64,000 nucleotides of DNA from assembly GCA_964016885.1 (NCBI GenBank), contig OZ024741.1, forward strand, positions 371,070,001 to 371,134,000, given 5' to 3'. Position numbers and translations under genes: made by a program. This DNA is from Eledone cirrhosa (lineage: Eukaryota). The notes under the pieces were generated by a model that saw only the letters and a list, made by a program, of their open reading frames with translations, made no database searches and was not told the DNA's origin. Positions 13,190 to 25,611 of the stretch are shown in pieces. Each line of letters begins with the position of its first letter. Positions within the stretch are counted from its first letter, which is position 1.

Positions 13190-13373
13190 TAATTGTTTCT
13201 ATTTTAGGCACAAGGCCAGCAATTACCTAGTACATTACTGGTACTTTATTTTATCGACCCCGTAAGGATGAAAGGCAAAGTTAACCTCGGCGGGATTTGA
13301 ACTCAGATCATAAAGGGACGTAACTCTATGCTTCAAAGCATGGTGTCCGACTCTCTACCGATACTGCCAATCC
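13190..13373 (-). mobile_element. tRNA-derived SINE (Meta/Sauria-like core)
   Basis: A-box TGGCAGTATCGGTAG, B-box GAGTTCAAATCCC and core CCGAGGTTRACTTTGCCTTTCATCC. Other copies at 13888-14015, 17665-17850, 34148-34330 and 48381-48492. Confidence 0.8.
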
Positions 13374-13451
13374 CACATAATATTATGTACACATATAGAG
13401 AGAGCAAATAATATTCAGGAAAATATACATACTTTTAGATGGTAAAAAAAC

Positions 13452-14049
13452 CATGTCATTCTACTGATATGGCTTGAGAGGTTGTTTACATAATTGCAAA
13501 CGAATCGAATATTATTTTTAATATTCGAAAAACTCAGATTTACATTTCTTGTATTCAGCCATGTAGAGCGATAAAACTATTGTTAGTTTGAGTATAGCAA
13601 AGCCGGTCATTAACCGCTTGTATAGAGAAAACTGACTGGCTTATCTAATATGCAAATTAGGCCGATCAGTCACTGTATATTCCAGAAAATATTGTTTTTC
13701 ACTAACTCTGACAGTTGGCAGGTAAACAGTATACGGTACTCAGGAAGGGTAATCACCCAGAAACATTAGTGTCTGCCGTTCTGTTTGTATGCTAACACAA
13801 TAGCAAGAATGACTGGGTTATTCTACTGACATGACTTAAGAGGCTGCTTGCATAATTGCAAATTAATCGAATATTATTATTAATATTACGTCCCTTTACG
13901 ATCTGAGTTCAAATCCCGCCGAGGTTGACTTTGCCTTTCATCTTTACGGGGTCAATAAAATAAAGTACCAGTAATGCATTGGGTATTTGCTGGCCTTGTG
14001 CCTAAAGTAGAAACAATTATTAATATTCGAAAAACTCAGATTTACATTT

Positions 14050-14052
<3 letters not shown>
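13452..14052 (+). repeat. Hammerhead-bearing partial tandem repeat (family B), interrupted by a SINE
   Basis: Repeats internally (~360 nt period) and is homologous to 35811-36433. The motif at 13733-13779 reads acggta CTCAGGA agggt..accca GAAA cattagtg TC tgccgt, with a core G>C change. Confidence 0.75.
13888..14015 (+). mobile_element. 5'-truncated SINE with 12-bp TSD
   Basis: TSD ATTATTAATATT at 13876-13887 and 14016-14027. Confidence 0.8.
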
Positions 14053-14106
<54 letters not shown>

Positions 14107-14241
14107 CCAAAGTTTATATGGTTCGTTGATTATTCAACGAATACAATTTTACAATATATTAGAAGCAGTCGACAAAATTTTCTGGAGTATTTAATATTAT
14201 TCAAAATGTTAATAAATGAAAAATATTCTCATAACCAAAAT

Positions 14242-14310
14242 ATATATTTTATTATACATATTTCAAAGGTACAATGGTGTTTAAGTACGTTTTCATCAGA
14301 TAAAATATAT
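14242..14310 (-). ncRNA. Type I hammerhead ribozyme
   Basis: Minus strand reads atatattttat CTGATGA aaacgtac...gtaccttt GAAA tatgta TA ataaaatatat, with a perfect 11-bp stem I. Confidence 0.8.
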
Positions 14311-14352
14311 GAGAGATTGGATATGCGACATACCGCTACGGTTTTGATTATT

Positions 14353-14391
<39 letters not shown>

Positions 14392-14613
14392 TCTTACTCC
14401 TCTTTCTCTATATATATACACCTTTTAAACATATAATTGATGCTCTGAACTAAGATCCATTGAGCTTTTTTATTGGGAAATACAATCGTTACATATTCAA
14501 TGCATCGATACTTTTACATAGCATATTTATGTGCGTGGAGGTGGGGTGCGTGCGTGTATTAAGAAAAACAATGAAGTTTCGTTTACATATACTTAGTTTT
14601 TATAGTGTATCGA

Positions 14614-14700
14614 CCTGTTACGCATGTTTCGCAGGGGATTGGTTCAGGGTCATCCATAGAAATTATAGACCCAACTCCATTATCGATCTGCTCCTCAGAC
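14614..14700 (-). ncRNA. Hammerhead ribozyme motif with truncated stem I, inside a foldback
   Basis: Minus strand reads gt CTGAGGA gcag...gggtc/gaccc...ctgc GAAA catgcg TA acagg. An inverted second copy of the 3' half starts at GAAA 14712. Confidence 0.65.
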
Positions 14701-14853
14701 TAGAGATTATTGAAACGCACGTAACAGGTCGATACACAATAAAGAAAACTAAATACATGTAAACAAAACTTCGTCTTTTTTTAATATATACACTCTGTCG
14801 GTGTATTGAGTGCTTGTTTTTGTGCTACCACCAGTAATTCACCGAATCACATA

Positions 14854-15096
<243 letters not shown>

Positions 15097-16069
15097 GAAT
15101 GTTTTAAATTTAAAAAAAAACAAAAAGATCACATCACATTTAATATTAAAGTACTCAGCATAAATTAAGTTTGTATAATATATTTGAATTTTCGTCCAGC
15201 GGTGCGAGGCGGAGATTTAATATGACATGTTCAAATTAAGAAAGTGCAACAAAAACCTTCATTTTCTTTATCTATCAGAAAATCCCCAGTGAATTTCCAC
15301 TAAAACGAAAAGAATGAGCCTTAACAAACTGATGTGTGGAAACTTCCATATTATCTCTCAGTGAACCTCATCCTTTACTGCTAATCTCTTTCATGTATTG
15401 CCTCGACAATCTTTTTATATAGATATTTATAAATATATCATTTTAGTTAGTCGCATAGAGTGGTGTTCCTCATTGTCATCTCTTAGCAGGTTTTTTATTT
15501 TTTATATTCAATCTATTCAACTCTTTAACCGATATATCATTGTCAATAAGTGTCTGCTTGTGTTTTATTCGTGTAAATACACGTATTTTATTGACAAGTT
15601 TTCCCACTAACACAACTTTCTTTATCCCTTATTTCAAGACTTCTCGAATTTTCTGCTTATGTTGTCTTTTTAAAATGATATATCTTAAGCTTTCATTGAC
15701 TAAATATTTATTTATTTTGAATTTATCTTTATTATAACTTGTATTTAAATGGATTATTTGACTGTAATATGCGCACGTCTGGATGAATGTGTCATTTGTA
15801 TGTTAAATATTATTTTCAGCATAAATCTTTGTTTAGAGCTTAACAAAATACATAACTGAATTTACGTTTACACTACATTTTCTTTTTAATTCATAAATTA
15901 ACCCTATTATTTAAACACCCCACAGTGATGTTTCGAGTATAACCATTCTATTTTACCTTCTTTCGTTTTTAAGTCTACTGAGGAAAGATTAAGATAAAAC
16001 ATTATCAATTAATTCACCAAATATGACTGAAATAAGACTATAGCCTGTCCGGAATATAAATATTGCTGT

Positions 16070-17960
16070 TGTTTTTGTTTAGCCCCAGTCGAGCAGACCT
16101 ATAATTAAGAACATTCCGGCCGTAACCATCCAGTCTTTCCCCTATGTGCCAGAAATTTACAACCACACTATCCAACGTGTTATTGCCTAATGTGATTTGA
16201 CAAAAATTTAGTTGTTATTTCTAGCAGTTTGTTGGCTCAGTGCCTCATTGTTCTTATATTTGTACTTATTCTTTTCGTAGATTGATTTTTAAAATGTACA
16301 AATAATACACTGTAAGCTCTCAATACATATATTTTACATTTGGTGCATACAAAAATCATATTTCACAATTCTGTTTTATTTAATTTACCCGAACGTTAAT
16401 CCATTTGTTAATTAAATTCAATCCTACAGTGTAGCTAATCTCTTATTAGGGAGTAATTTACAAGACGACCCTAAATTATTGAGACATGACAAAAGTCCTA
16501 GTCCATAACATTAAAATTCCCTATTAATTTGGGATAAATTACGAAGCCGCTGTGTAGTGCCCGGCTTTTACAAAATCGCCGGAGAATAGTTTTTTTGTTT
16601 ATTTTACTCAATTGTCATTCATTCGTTTTTTTTTTTTTTCTTAATTTGATGGAAAAAACGTATCGCTTACATTACGAAGTCACCCAGAAAGTATGTTTTA
16701 CAAATACTCAGTTTGAAATTAGACAACAATTATCACAATAGTTAATAAAACATTTTTCCATACGCAAAACAACACATTTCTTACTAATTCCAGTACGTAA
16801 ACGGTCACTCCGCTAGCTTGTACAAATTAGCCATGCAGTCAGATATATTACTTAATTTACGTATCGCTTAAATAATTTACAATTAATTTCTACTTGATTA
16901 TACTAATTTTTGAACTGTGTTTGTGTATGCTGTTTCACAAATTATTATTTATCTCTGATCGAAAATACCTATAATCAAAGACGTTCCAGTCATGATAATC
17001 ACACTTTTCCTTAAGGCTCGGTGCACTCAGGGCTGCACTATCCAATGTCTATTTTATTTATTAAAGTAGGTAGTCTGTGATTTGTGGGAAATTGGCTGCT
17101 ATTTCTAGCACCCGCTTAAAGGCTCCCTCGTTGATATAGCTGATGTAGCTGTTTAGTCTCAGGTCAACCCTGATTGAGCAGATCTATAATTAAAGGCTTT
17201 CAAGCAGTGTCCATCCCATCTTTTAAGGGATATGTCTATTTAGGACTACATTATCCAATACGTCCTCCTTGTTTAAGGCGGTGTAGCAGGAGTGTGTTTT
17301 GGTGGAGATTTGGTTGCTATTTCTAGTTGTTTTTTTTATGTAGGTTTGTCCTGTTGTGTCTTTTGAATATAGTGGCACAGGTGATGTGGAACCTGAGTCA
17401 CATGGACAGTAATACATCTGCCACGGTTTATTATATTGTGCACTAGTAATACTATAAATACATCGCCCTTAATGTAGTGGTGTGTAACATAATGTGATAT
17501 GTATGTTTACGATGTCTTGTGACATAGAACTAGTATGCTAACTATATTATTTTTGTGCTGTGTTGTTTACTATTGTTGGTAATACATCCCTGATGCAGCA
17601 GACCTCTGATCAAAATCATTCTACTTGTGATGATCCTGTCTTTTTAAGAGTACATAATGTTGGTTTCTAATTTAGACAAGGCCAGCAAAGTTTTTGTGAA
17701 GGACAAAGTTGATAAAATCAACTCTAATACTTGACTGATACTTTATTTTATAGACCTTGGAAAGATGAAAAACAAAGTTGACTTCGGCGGGATTTGAACT
17801 CAGAATGTAAAGAGCGGGAAAATAGACTGCTAGGCATTTATTTGACGTTATAAATTACATTGTAGAATATGGCTTGATATATAAACGTTGGGATGTATTT
17901 TGAGGGAGATTTGGCTACTATTTTTTTAGCATATCGAGCAACATTGTTGAGGCTCCGTTT
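16070..17960 (+). repeat. Cluster of old copies of an unclassified short interspersed repeat
   Basis: Recurring motifs GAGCAGACCTATAAT, ACTATCCAA and TTGGCTGCTATTTCTAG near 16090-16230, 16965-17130, 17150-17330 and 17595-17960. Also at 20780-20970 and inverted at 21960-22160. Confidence 0.55.
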
Positions 17961-18232
17961 GTTTAATCAATGTCAGAGATATGTTATAGTGCGATTCACT
18001 TTATGTAATACCTGCATAGGTGTATAGCACATAGCATAACACGTTATGCAATAATATAATAATATATCATGTATATTTTGTGTGGTGTGGTTAAGGTGTG
18101 TGTTGCTATCCACCTATGATGCGGGTGCTGTAGCCTTTAAGTATGTTTGTGCTCTAATACACCTGCTATCGTGCGATGTTATGCTACTGTTGTTACCTCA
18201 CTCATCAGCTGCCGTCTTTAGTAGCTTTGCTG

Positions 18233-18433
18233 TGACGTAATTACTACTAACATAACAACGTGTTTTTTGTGTCTCCGGCGAAACCAATATACACTTACTT
18301 TTGCTTGTGTGTGATTGTTGAAGAAAAAGCAACAACCAATATATAAATACACTATATCTACCCCCTCTTTTCCATTCGCTTGTCCACAGTCAACACCAAC
18401 TGCAAGTACAGCACCGATCACAGCTTATAAAAA
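18233..18433 (+). promoter_or_regulatory. Putative Pol II promoter of the CDO1-like gene
   Basis: CRE/ATF-like TGACGTAA at 18233-18240, CCAAT at 18284 and 18336, and TATAAAAA at 18426-18433, 40 nt before the ATG. Confidence 0.65.
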
Positions 18434-18472
18434 GAGCCCCTGTCCGGCCGTGTTTACCATTTGCAAGCAACC

Positions 18473-18630
18473 ATGGTAGGAACAGTCTCCACTTTAGACG
18501 ATCTTTGCAAGAAACTGCGCGAGGTTTTCGACAATGATTCTGTTAACATCGAAGAAGTTAAATCTTTGATGGAATCTTACAAAAGCAACCCGAAAGAATG
18601 GAAGAAATTTGCTAAGTTCGATCAACATCG
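18473..18630 (+). CDS. CDO1: Cysteine dioxygenase type 1, coding exon 1
   Basis: Kozak-like ACCATGG. Translation MVGTVSTLDDLCKKLREVFDNDSVNIEEVKSLMESYKSNPKEWKKFAKFDQH-R matches the animal CDO N-terminus (TL.DL...L...F..D.VNVEEV...ME.Y.S.P.EW...AKFDQYR). Followed by the donor CG|GTAAGA (phase 2). Not in the ORF track. Confidence 0.9.
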
Positions 18631-19329
18631 GTAAGAATTCATATATCTATAAAACGTGCATGTTTTAAATTATCATTTATTATTTTCTTTCGTTTCAAGG
18701 GGGTGGTTGTTGTGACTTCTTTTTTTTTTAACCACATTAATGATGAATGAAAAATTCCTGCGGAAAAACAATTTCTTTGTTATAGTCTTTTTCTGTCATT
18801 CTATGAAAATTGCATTATTTTTTAATAATTTTTTCATGGGTAGCTGCTGCAGCAGAATCTGTCAGCTTCTTTATCTCATCATTTTTACCAGATAATATTT
18901 TATGTCGCAGTTATATTTATTTCCGCTTCGATTTTTTTTTCGTCTTTCTCTCACATAAAGATTTTAAAGATGAAGAGAAGAGAGTTGTCTTCGAGTAAAT
19001 TTTATCAGCTAAATGGGATTAAATGATAAACATGAATGAATGGATCGATTTTGCCTAGTTTCGCATTTAGATTGGAAAAGGGGAGAGTTTATTTATACTG
19101 ATTTCAAACTGGTCAAACTTTCAGAATGCACTGATGCCTCATTCTTCCAGCCTTTGTTTTCATATCACCATAATTATGTAGTTATAGTTTTCATGTGTTC
19201 GTTTTTTTTTTTGTATGATGATATTTTTTTAATTTTAAGTTCTATTTTAAATCTATTATTCATCCTGTCACGCGCTACAGAGCAAATATTAAATAGATGA
19301 ATTTGTTAAATTACAAACATTTCATTTGC

Positions 19330-20100
19330 TGACTGTCTGGGTTGACATTATCCTCACTGCCCTCCAGTGTGCAGGTTGCCAATGCAGCTGGAATGACTTC
19401 AAATTCAGTTCAGCTTGCACAAGGATTGAGTCGCACCTGCCTTCAATCTGCCATGCAGCCAAACTGGTGCATGATTCAATTCAGTGCCCTCTTCATCAAC
19501 CGGTACTTTTCTTGATGTGTGTACCCACATCGGAATGAACCTGGACATCCACAAGTGCCATTGTGGAACCGTGGTCAACGAGTTTGGGCTTCATTTACTC
19601 TCTTGTCACAACAGTGCACGCTAGCCCCCCCCCCCCCCCCCCCCCCCTGCGTACACGCCACCTTGAAAGACATCATCAGAAGGAGCCTTGATGTAATTAT
19701 TTTTCCATCAGAATTGGAGTTTGTCAACCTCAATCATGGTGATGATCCTTTTCCCATCCGAGAGATGCAAATCACTAACATTGAATGCCACATGCCACAT
19801 ATTGTGGCATGTTCTCTTGTTTTAACCTTGCCACAAATCTAGGCACCACTACCTGTAATTCAGAGGAGCAGGATATATTGACTGACAGCCCCTTTTTATG
19901 GTAGTTGCCATCAAGACCTCCAGTGTCCTTGGTCCCTGAATTGCCGTTTTCCTCGGCTAAATTTGGGAAGAGTGCATCTTGCCTGAAGAAGAAACCCTAT
20001 GGAATGGGTGAGGCAGTGGGTATTGCTGGTTATTCTCTGTGGCAATGCTTTCACTATCGTATCCAGAGGGCACAGCGATGATGTACTGTTCAACCATTAA
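19330..20100 (+). mobile_element. Highly decayed CRE-like (RLE endonuclease) non-LTR retrotransposon 3' end
   Basis: Fragments HATLKDIIRRSL..FPSELE..LNHGD and RQ..LLVILCGNA resemble the H..LNDII.R.L...P..EP and QR.....RGNA motifs of CRE elements. Ends in an A-run. Confidence 0.45.
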
Positions 20101-21659
20101 AAAAAATTATTTTCTCTTTTAACCCTCTTCCTGTTTATTATTTTTAAAAATACTTTCATTATTGTATACCAGAAATATGGAAATATCAAATGCATTCAAT
20201 TCGATATAAAATAAAATGAAAATTTATTTAAATATCATAAAAAATTATGAACGTGACAATTTTCTGTCTCTTATTCTAAAAGATAAACATCCTTTAACTT
20301 CACGTTTAAGTAGAAAAAAAGGAAGCAGCTTTTTTTTTTTTTTTCTAGGGCTGCCTCCCTATTCGCCATCATAGGCGCAGGTGTGAGCCTCGCGAGTCGG
20401 AATGGCTCTTCCAGCGCATCTCCCTTACCATTTTAAGTAGAATATAAACCATTTTTTGTTTATTCTCAGGAATATGATCGTTCTAAAATATGTTTTTTCG
20501 CAACACGTAAAACAGACTCTGTCTTGTGATGACATTGTATATATGTATACATGCATATGCCTGTGTTCATTATTATCACCATGGGTTCCATGTCTTGTTC
20601 ATACGATCAGATTTTGACTTTGTTTTCTACGGCTAGATGCCGTATGGCTGTATGCTAACCAACTTACCGAATGCTTTTTGTTGTAGCACCAGTATAACCA
20701 TAGACAGAGTACTTTTGTACTTACAGGGTGAACTAGGTGCTTTTTGTTGTGGCACCAGGCTATTGTTTAACCACAGATCAGCTTTGGTCAAGCCAGTGTT
20801 GGGATCAAAGCATTCTTGTCTTAGCCTTGCTGTCTGTTTTTTTTTTTTGTGTGTATCTAGGCCTACATTACCCAATGTGATTTTTCTTCTTTTTTAAGAT
20901 GGTTGGGCATGGTTTGAGAGGAATTTGGCTGCTATTTCTAGAGAGCTGAGCAATCACATAGATGCTCTCCTATTTGATTGTGTATATGTTTTTATTTATG
21001 TATGTGTATTTTGGTGGGTCTCTTTATCCATTTGTATTCTCTGAAAACTTCATGTTTTATATTGTGCATTTATGAATTGTTAGTCTGTACCAGACTGAAT
21101 CAACTCCTCACCATAGATCAATCAAGCCTAAACAGCAATAATATAGTCATTATAAAAGGAAATTGACAATCCCACATGGAAACTGAACCCAGATTTCTGT
21201 TTGCTTAATTACGACACAACTGATTATCAAAGGATATTTATTTATCTCTCATATTTCAGGGGTCTTTTTTGTTGACGTAATGGGCATAATGAATTCAGTC
21301 TGAACATGACTGTTGCTAGTCTTCTTCATTTGAAAATAATTAATTAAAATGTTTTGAAAGCCCTAACACTTTTTATACCAAATTGTATGAAACTACTCCT
21401 TATTATATGATACTAATTTGCTTATTTATATTTATCTAAAAACTTTCCATCATAATTTTTTGTAAACACCTTCATTAAGTTATTCACATGACTCCAGATA
21501 AATAATGTGAATGTTATTTTTTTGATTAATAAATTCCTTCAATTTCTTGATTATTTTCACAAATGTTTGAAAACTATAGACAATGCCTTTCAATATAGAA
21601 GAAATATTATGAGGAAAGTGTTAATAGATGGTTGAGTTTATAAGTTTAAAGTTTGCCTC

Positions 21660-21925
21660 GAGCCTAGAGGCTCACCAGGCTGGTACTTATCCCAGTTTTT
21701 ATGGCATTAAGCAAATGAGAATACAAGACTTCCCCCTGGACCGGACACCAGTCCATCGCAAGGTTAAACCCCCAGCTATTGCTGATACTCATTTTCAGTG
21801 AGTTATACCGGAGCAACATGAAATAATTTGTTTTGCTCAAGAACACATGACACAATCCTGTCCAGGAATAGAACCCATGACATTATGATTGTAAGTGCAA
21901 CACCCTTACCACTAGGCCACACGTC
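21660..21925 (-). mobile_element. tRNA-derived SINE (CORE-like)
   Basis: Minus strand has A-box TGGCCTAGTGGTAAGG, B-box-like GGTTCTATTCC and core GTTCTTGAGCAAAAC. Confidence 0.7.
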
Positions 21926-22719
21926 TCCAGTTGAGTAACTACTGAAAACTTTGATTAATGAGGGAAACTCTACATGGTCATTAGATCTTCTAGAAATAAA
22001 AGCCAAATCTCCCTCATGCAACACTATATAATATTTAACAAAAAATTGAAGAACATATTGTGTACAGTCTGATATACACTCTGTCTGAAAAACATACAGG
22101 ATGGTCATGGCTGGAATGCTATTGATGATATGTTTGCTCGATCGAGGTTGACTTGGAGCTAAACTACAGCAACAGCACCTTCATGTAAAGTCAGGCTAAC
22201 AAATTAACATAGTGGAGCCCATCATGTGGCTACTCAATCTGTCTGGTAATCATCACATGTATGGGTATAAGCCTAGCTATGTGGTTAACCCATTTGATAC
22301 CAACCTACCTGAAACTGTACTCGTCTATACTATAAAACTGTCCATTTTTAAATGATTACATTATGACTATCAACTAGCCAGACCCTCCTCATAATGTGGT
22401 CAACTGGCCAGACTCTCCTCATAACGAGACCACCCAGTTCCTCACTGTAAACATGGTTGGTGTTAGAAAGAGCATCCAACTGTAAAAAAAACCTATAATA
22501 TATGATATTTTCTGCTTGTTGTGACCTACCGTCATATATTTGCATGTTAATATTTAAAGTGGGCAATATTTAAAGAACCCTATCTATGAAATAAAAGGCG
22601 TAATAAAAAATCTTTACCATTATGAAAATCTGCAAATTTGTGCAGCAGAATAGAAATATAAAAATATTAAAATAGGAAACATCCACAGACCAGCTTGTTA
22701 ATATATTTAATATCAAACA

Positions 22720-23132
22720 ACTGAATGGTGCTTGTGTGTGAAGTGTAATGCTGCATGGTAGTGAAACATTGGCAGTGATTACAGAAGACATGTGTAGGAT
22801 GGAGAGAAATGAAGCAACCATGCTTTGTTGGATGTGCAATGTAAATATGAGAGAAAGGCAGAGTTTGGATGAACTGAAGGAGAAAATGGGTTTAAGAGGG
22901 ATCCGAAGTGGTCTGCAAGAGAGAAGACTGCATTGGTACAGATATCTGATGAGCATAGATGATGATCGCTGAGTGAAGAAGTGTGAGGAAATCCCACTGG
23001 AAGGAAGTTCTTGGAGGTGAGACTCTCAGAGGAGATGCAAAGGAACATGACATGTGGAGCGATGCTGAAAAGGACCTGCCCAACCCATGCACGCATGGAA
23101 AAATGTAAAAACATAAAACGAAGATGATGATT
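22720..23132 (+). mobile_element. Decayed RTE 3' fragment
   Basis: ORF MLHGSETLA...ERNEA.ML.WMCN...ERRLHWY with a (GAT)n tail. Confidence 0.8.
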
Positions 23133-23489
23133 ATAAGCACCAACTTAAGAAAGAAAAGAGCAACAGGCCCATTGATGAGAATATTATCATGTATCTTTTT
23201 GTTTACAGGTTGACTACTTTATGGATTATATTTCTTAGCAAATGATGGATCTAATTTCCTTCATTATGGCTTTTGTTATATTCTTTCTCAAATTGCTGCC
23301 TATTATACCCAGTATAACACGTATTAAAATCCTAGCAGCTTAATTCATTAATTACATATAGTTTTGCGTTTCATCTTTTGTATGCTACAGGAAACTGTTA
23401 TTGTGTGTAACTAGCATAGAGTAAATATAGACATGTCTTTCAAAACACATTTTAAATTATTGTCATGATAAAAGCTCTCAGTCTACCTT

Positions 23490-24350
23490 GTATGGAGGTC
23501 GTGTTGCTAACATGAGAAAAAGCACCCAGTCCAGCCTGAAAGGTGGTCATGTTGGTGACATAAAAAAAAACACCCAGTACTTTGCAAAGTGGTCGTGTTG
23601 ATGACATAAAAAACACCCAGTGCACTCTGCTAGGTGGTCATGTTGGTGACACAAGAAAAAGCCCCTAGTCCACCCTGCAAAGTGGTCATGTTGGTACACA
23701 AGAAAAAGCAACTAGTCCACCCTGCAAAGTGGTCATGTTGGTACACGAGAAAAAGCAACTAGTCCACCCTGCAAAGTGGTCATGTTGGTACACAAGAAAA
23801 AGCAACTAGTCCACCCTGCAAAGTGGTCATGTTGGTACACAAGAAAAAGCAACTAGTCCACCCTGCAAAGTGGTCATGTTGGTACACGAGAAAAAGCAAC
23901 TAGTCCACCCTGCAAAGTGGTCATGTTGGTACACAAGAAAAAGCAACTAGTCCACCCTGCAAAGTGGTCATGTTGGTACACGAGAAAAAGCAACTAGTCC
24001 ACCCTGCAAAGTGGTCATGTTGGTACACAAGAAAAAGCAACTAGTCCACCCTGCAAAGTGGTCATGTTGGTGACACGAGAAAAAGCAACTAGTCCACCCT
24101 GCAAGGTGGTCATGTTGGTGACACGAGAAAAAGCAACTAGTCCACCCTGCAAGAGAGTCGTTTCGATGCCACAGTAAAAAACACCCAGTCCACACTAACA
24201 TGGTTGGTGTTAGGAAGGGCATTCAACTCTAAAAACCAAGCCAAAATACAAATCCATGAGTGTTGGTCATCAAACTGATTTGTCTTATAATGTGACAACC
24301 CATCTAACCTATGAAAGCGTGGAATATGGACGTTATAGGATGATCATGAT
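23490..24350 (+). repeat. 47-bp minisatellite (~15 units) inside an RTE 3' UTR
   Basis: Unit GTGGTCATGTTGGTACACRAGAAAAAGCAACTAGTCCACCCTGCAAA (period 47 measured between 23682 and 23729). Followed by GGTTGGTGTTAGGAAGGGCAT and a GGACGTT..GATGAT tail. Confidence 0.9.
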
Positions 24351-24543
24351 ACCCATGATGCTTACAATTTATACACACACAACATATGTCTACAGAATGT
24401 CAATATATTGATATAAAGTTCACTTTTCTCATGCATCCATCAAAATCCATATAAATAGTTACTTGGCCTGCAGTATGTGAGTTAAATAAATATCCTTACT
24501 AATTTCAGTCATTGACTCCAATCATATTGATGCATCATCTTGA

Positions 24544-24580
<37 letters not shown>

Positions 24581-24585
<5 letters not shown>

Positions 24586-25466
24586 TGCGGACAATATTTG
24601 TTCGCAAGATTACTGTCTAGGAAAAAATAACACAGTAGTTTTATTTTTTAAGATATATTTATCAAACTTGGGTCAGTTTGTCTTCATGACTTGTTCTTTC
24701 GATCTCACTCGATAAACCCGCCATTGGCTTTGATGACGGCCTCAAGGCGGCCTCGGAACCCGCTACAAGCCTTCGTCACTGTCCCCCGACTTAGGCCCCT
24801 AAAGGCACTTGTGATCCTGGCCTTCAGATCGTCTTTCGTATTGCAGCTAGATCTGTTGGTGTCTCATTCCATTGTGCCCCACACAAAGAAGTCGAGGGGG
24901 TTACAGTTAGGCGAGCTGGGAGGCCGGATGTCAGATGAAGTGTGGTCGACGAAGTTCTCTGACAGCTAGGCTTGGGTCTTTCGTCTGGTATGGCAGGGCG
25001 CTGAGTCTTGCTGCCACACGTATGGCCTACCTACAGCTACCTGGTCGATCCAGGGCTTTACTACCTCACTCAGAACACGGATGTAGCCATCAGTGTTCAG
25101 CTTGAGGCCCTCATGGAAGAAGTGAGGTGGCATGACGTCACTGCTGATGACACCTAAGACCAATGTTGTCGCTGGAAACTTTGTCTGCATGACTCTGGGC
25201 ACATCTTTGGATGAGACAGCGAGCCACCTGTTGTTCTGGGAATTGATCTTCTGGTCTTATTTGTCCTCCTGGTGCGGATTCCAAGAAGAACTCCGTGTCT
25301 CTTCCACAAATTTGGAGGTTCAAAATTATTCATAGTCAATTATTCTGAAAATAAATAATGGAAATATAGTTACTGTTTTTATGAAGACATGTGTGGCAAT
25401 GGAAGTAAAAAAAATTTGCATAAAATTAGCAGTTGAAAATTGCGAACAAATATCGTCCGCACCGTG
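24581..25466 (-). mobile_element. Tc1/mariner DD37D (maT) internally deleted copy
   Basis: TIRs CAG.GTGCGGAC.ATATTTGTTCGCAA at both ends, in a TA context. Transposase remnants WQQDSAPCHT and PPSSPNCNPLDF. Confidence 0.9.
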
Positions 25467-25611
25467 TATGTATATACATATGCATATATATATATATATA
25501 TATGGGCTGCCCTGTTGAGTGGTCAGTCTAGTTACACAACAAAAATCCCCACTCTAACGTTATGTATATATGTATATATATGTATGTATGTGTATATATA
25601 TATATATATAT

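Noticed and set aside
15975-16050. CTGAGGA ... GAAA
   Set aside because: No convincing stem II or stem III.
18202-18208. CTGATGA on the minus strand near the CDO1 promoter
   Set aside because: No GAAA or stem I partner follows.
23195-23240. Splice-acceptor-like site considered for CDO1 exon 2 (also at ~31874 and ~32031)
   Set aside because: The downstream translation does not resemble YTRNLV...CW.
23490-24200. Regular array superficially like CRISPR
   Set aside because: There are no unique spacers or cas genes, and it is a head-to-tail minisatellite in eukaryotic DNA.
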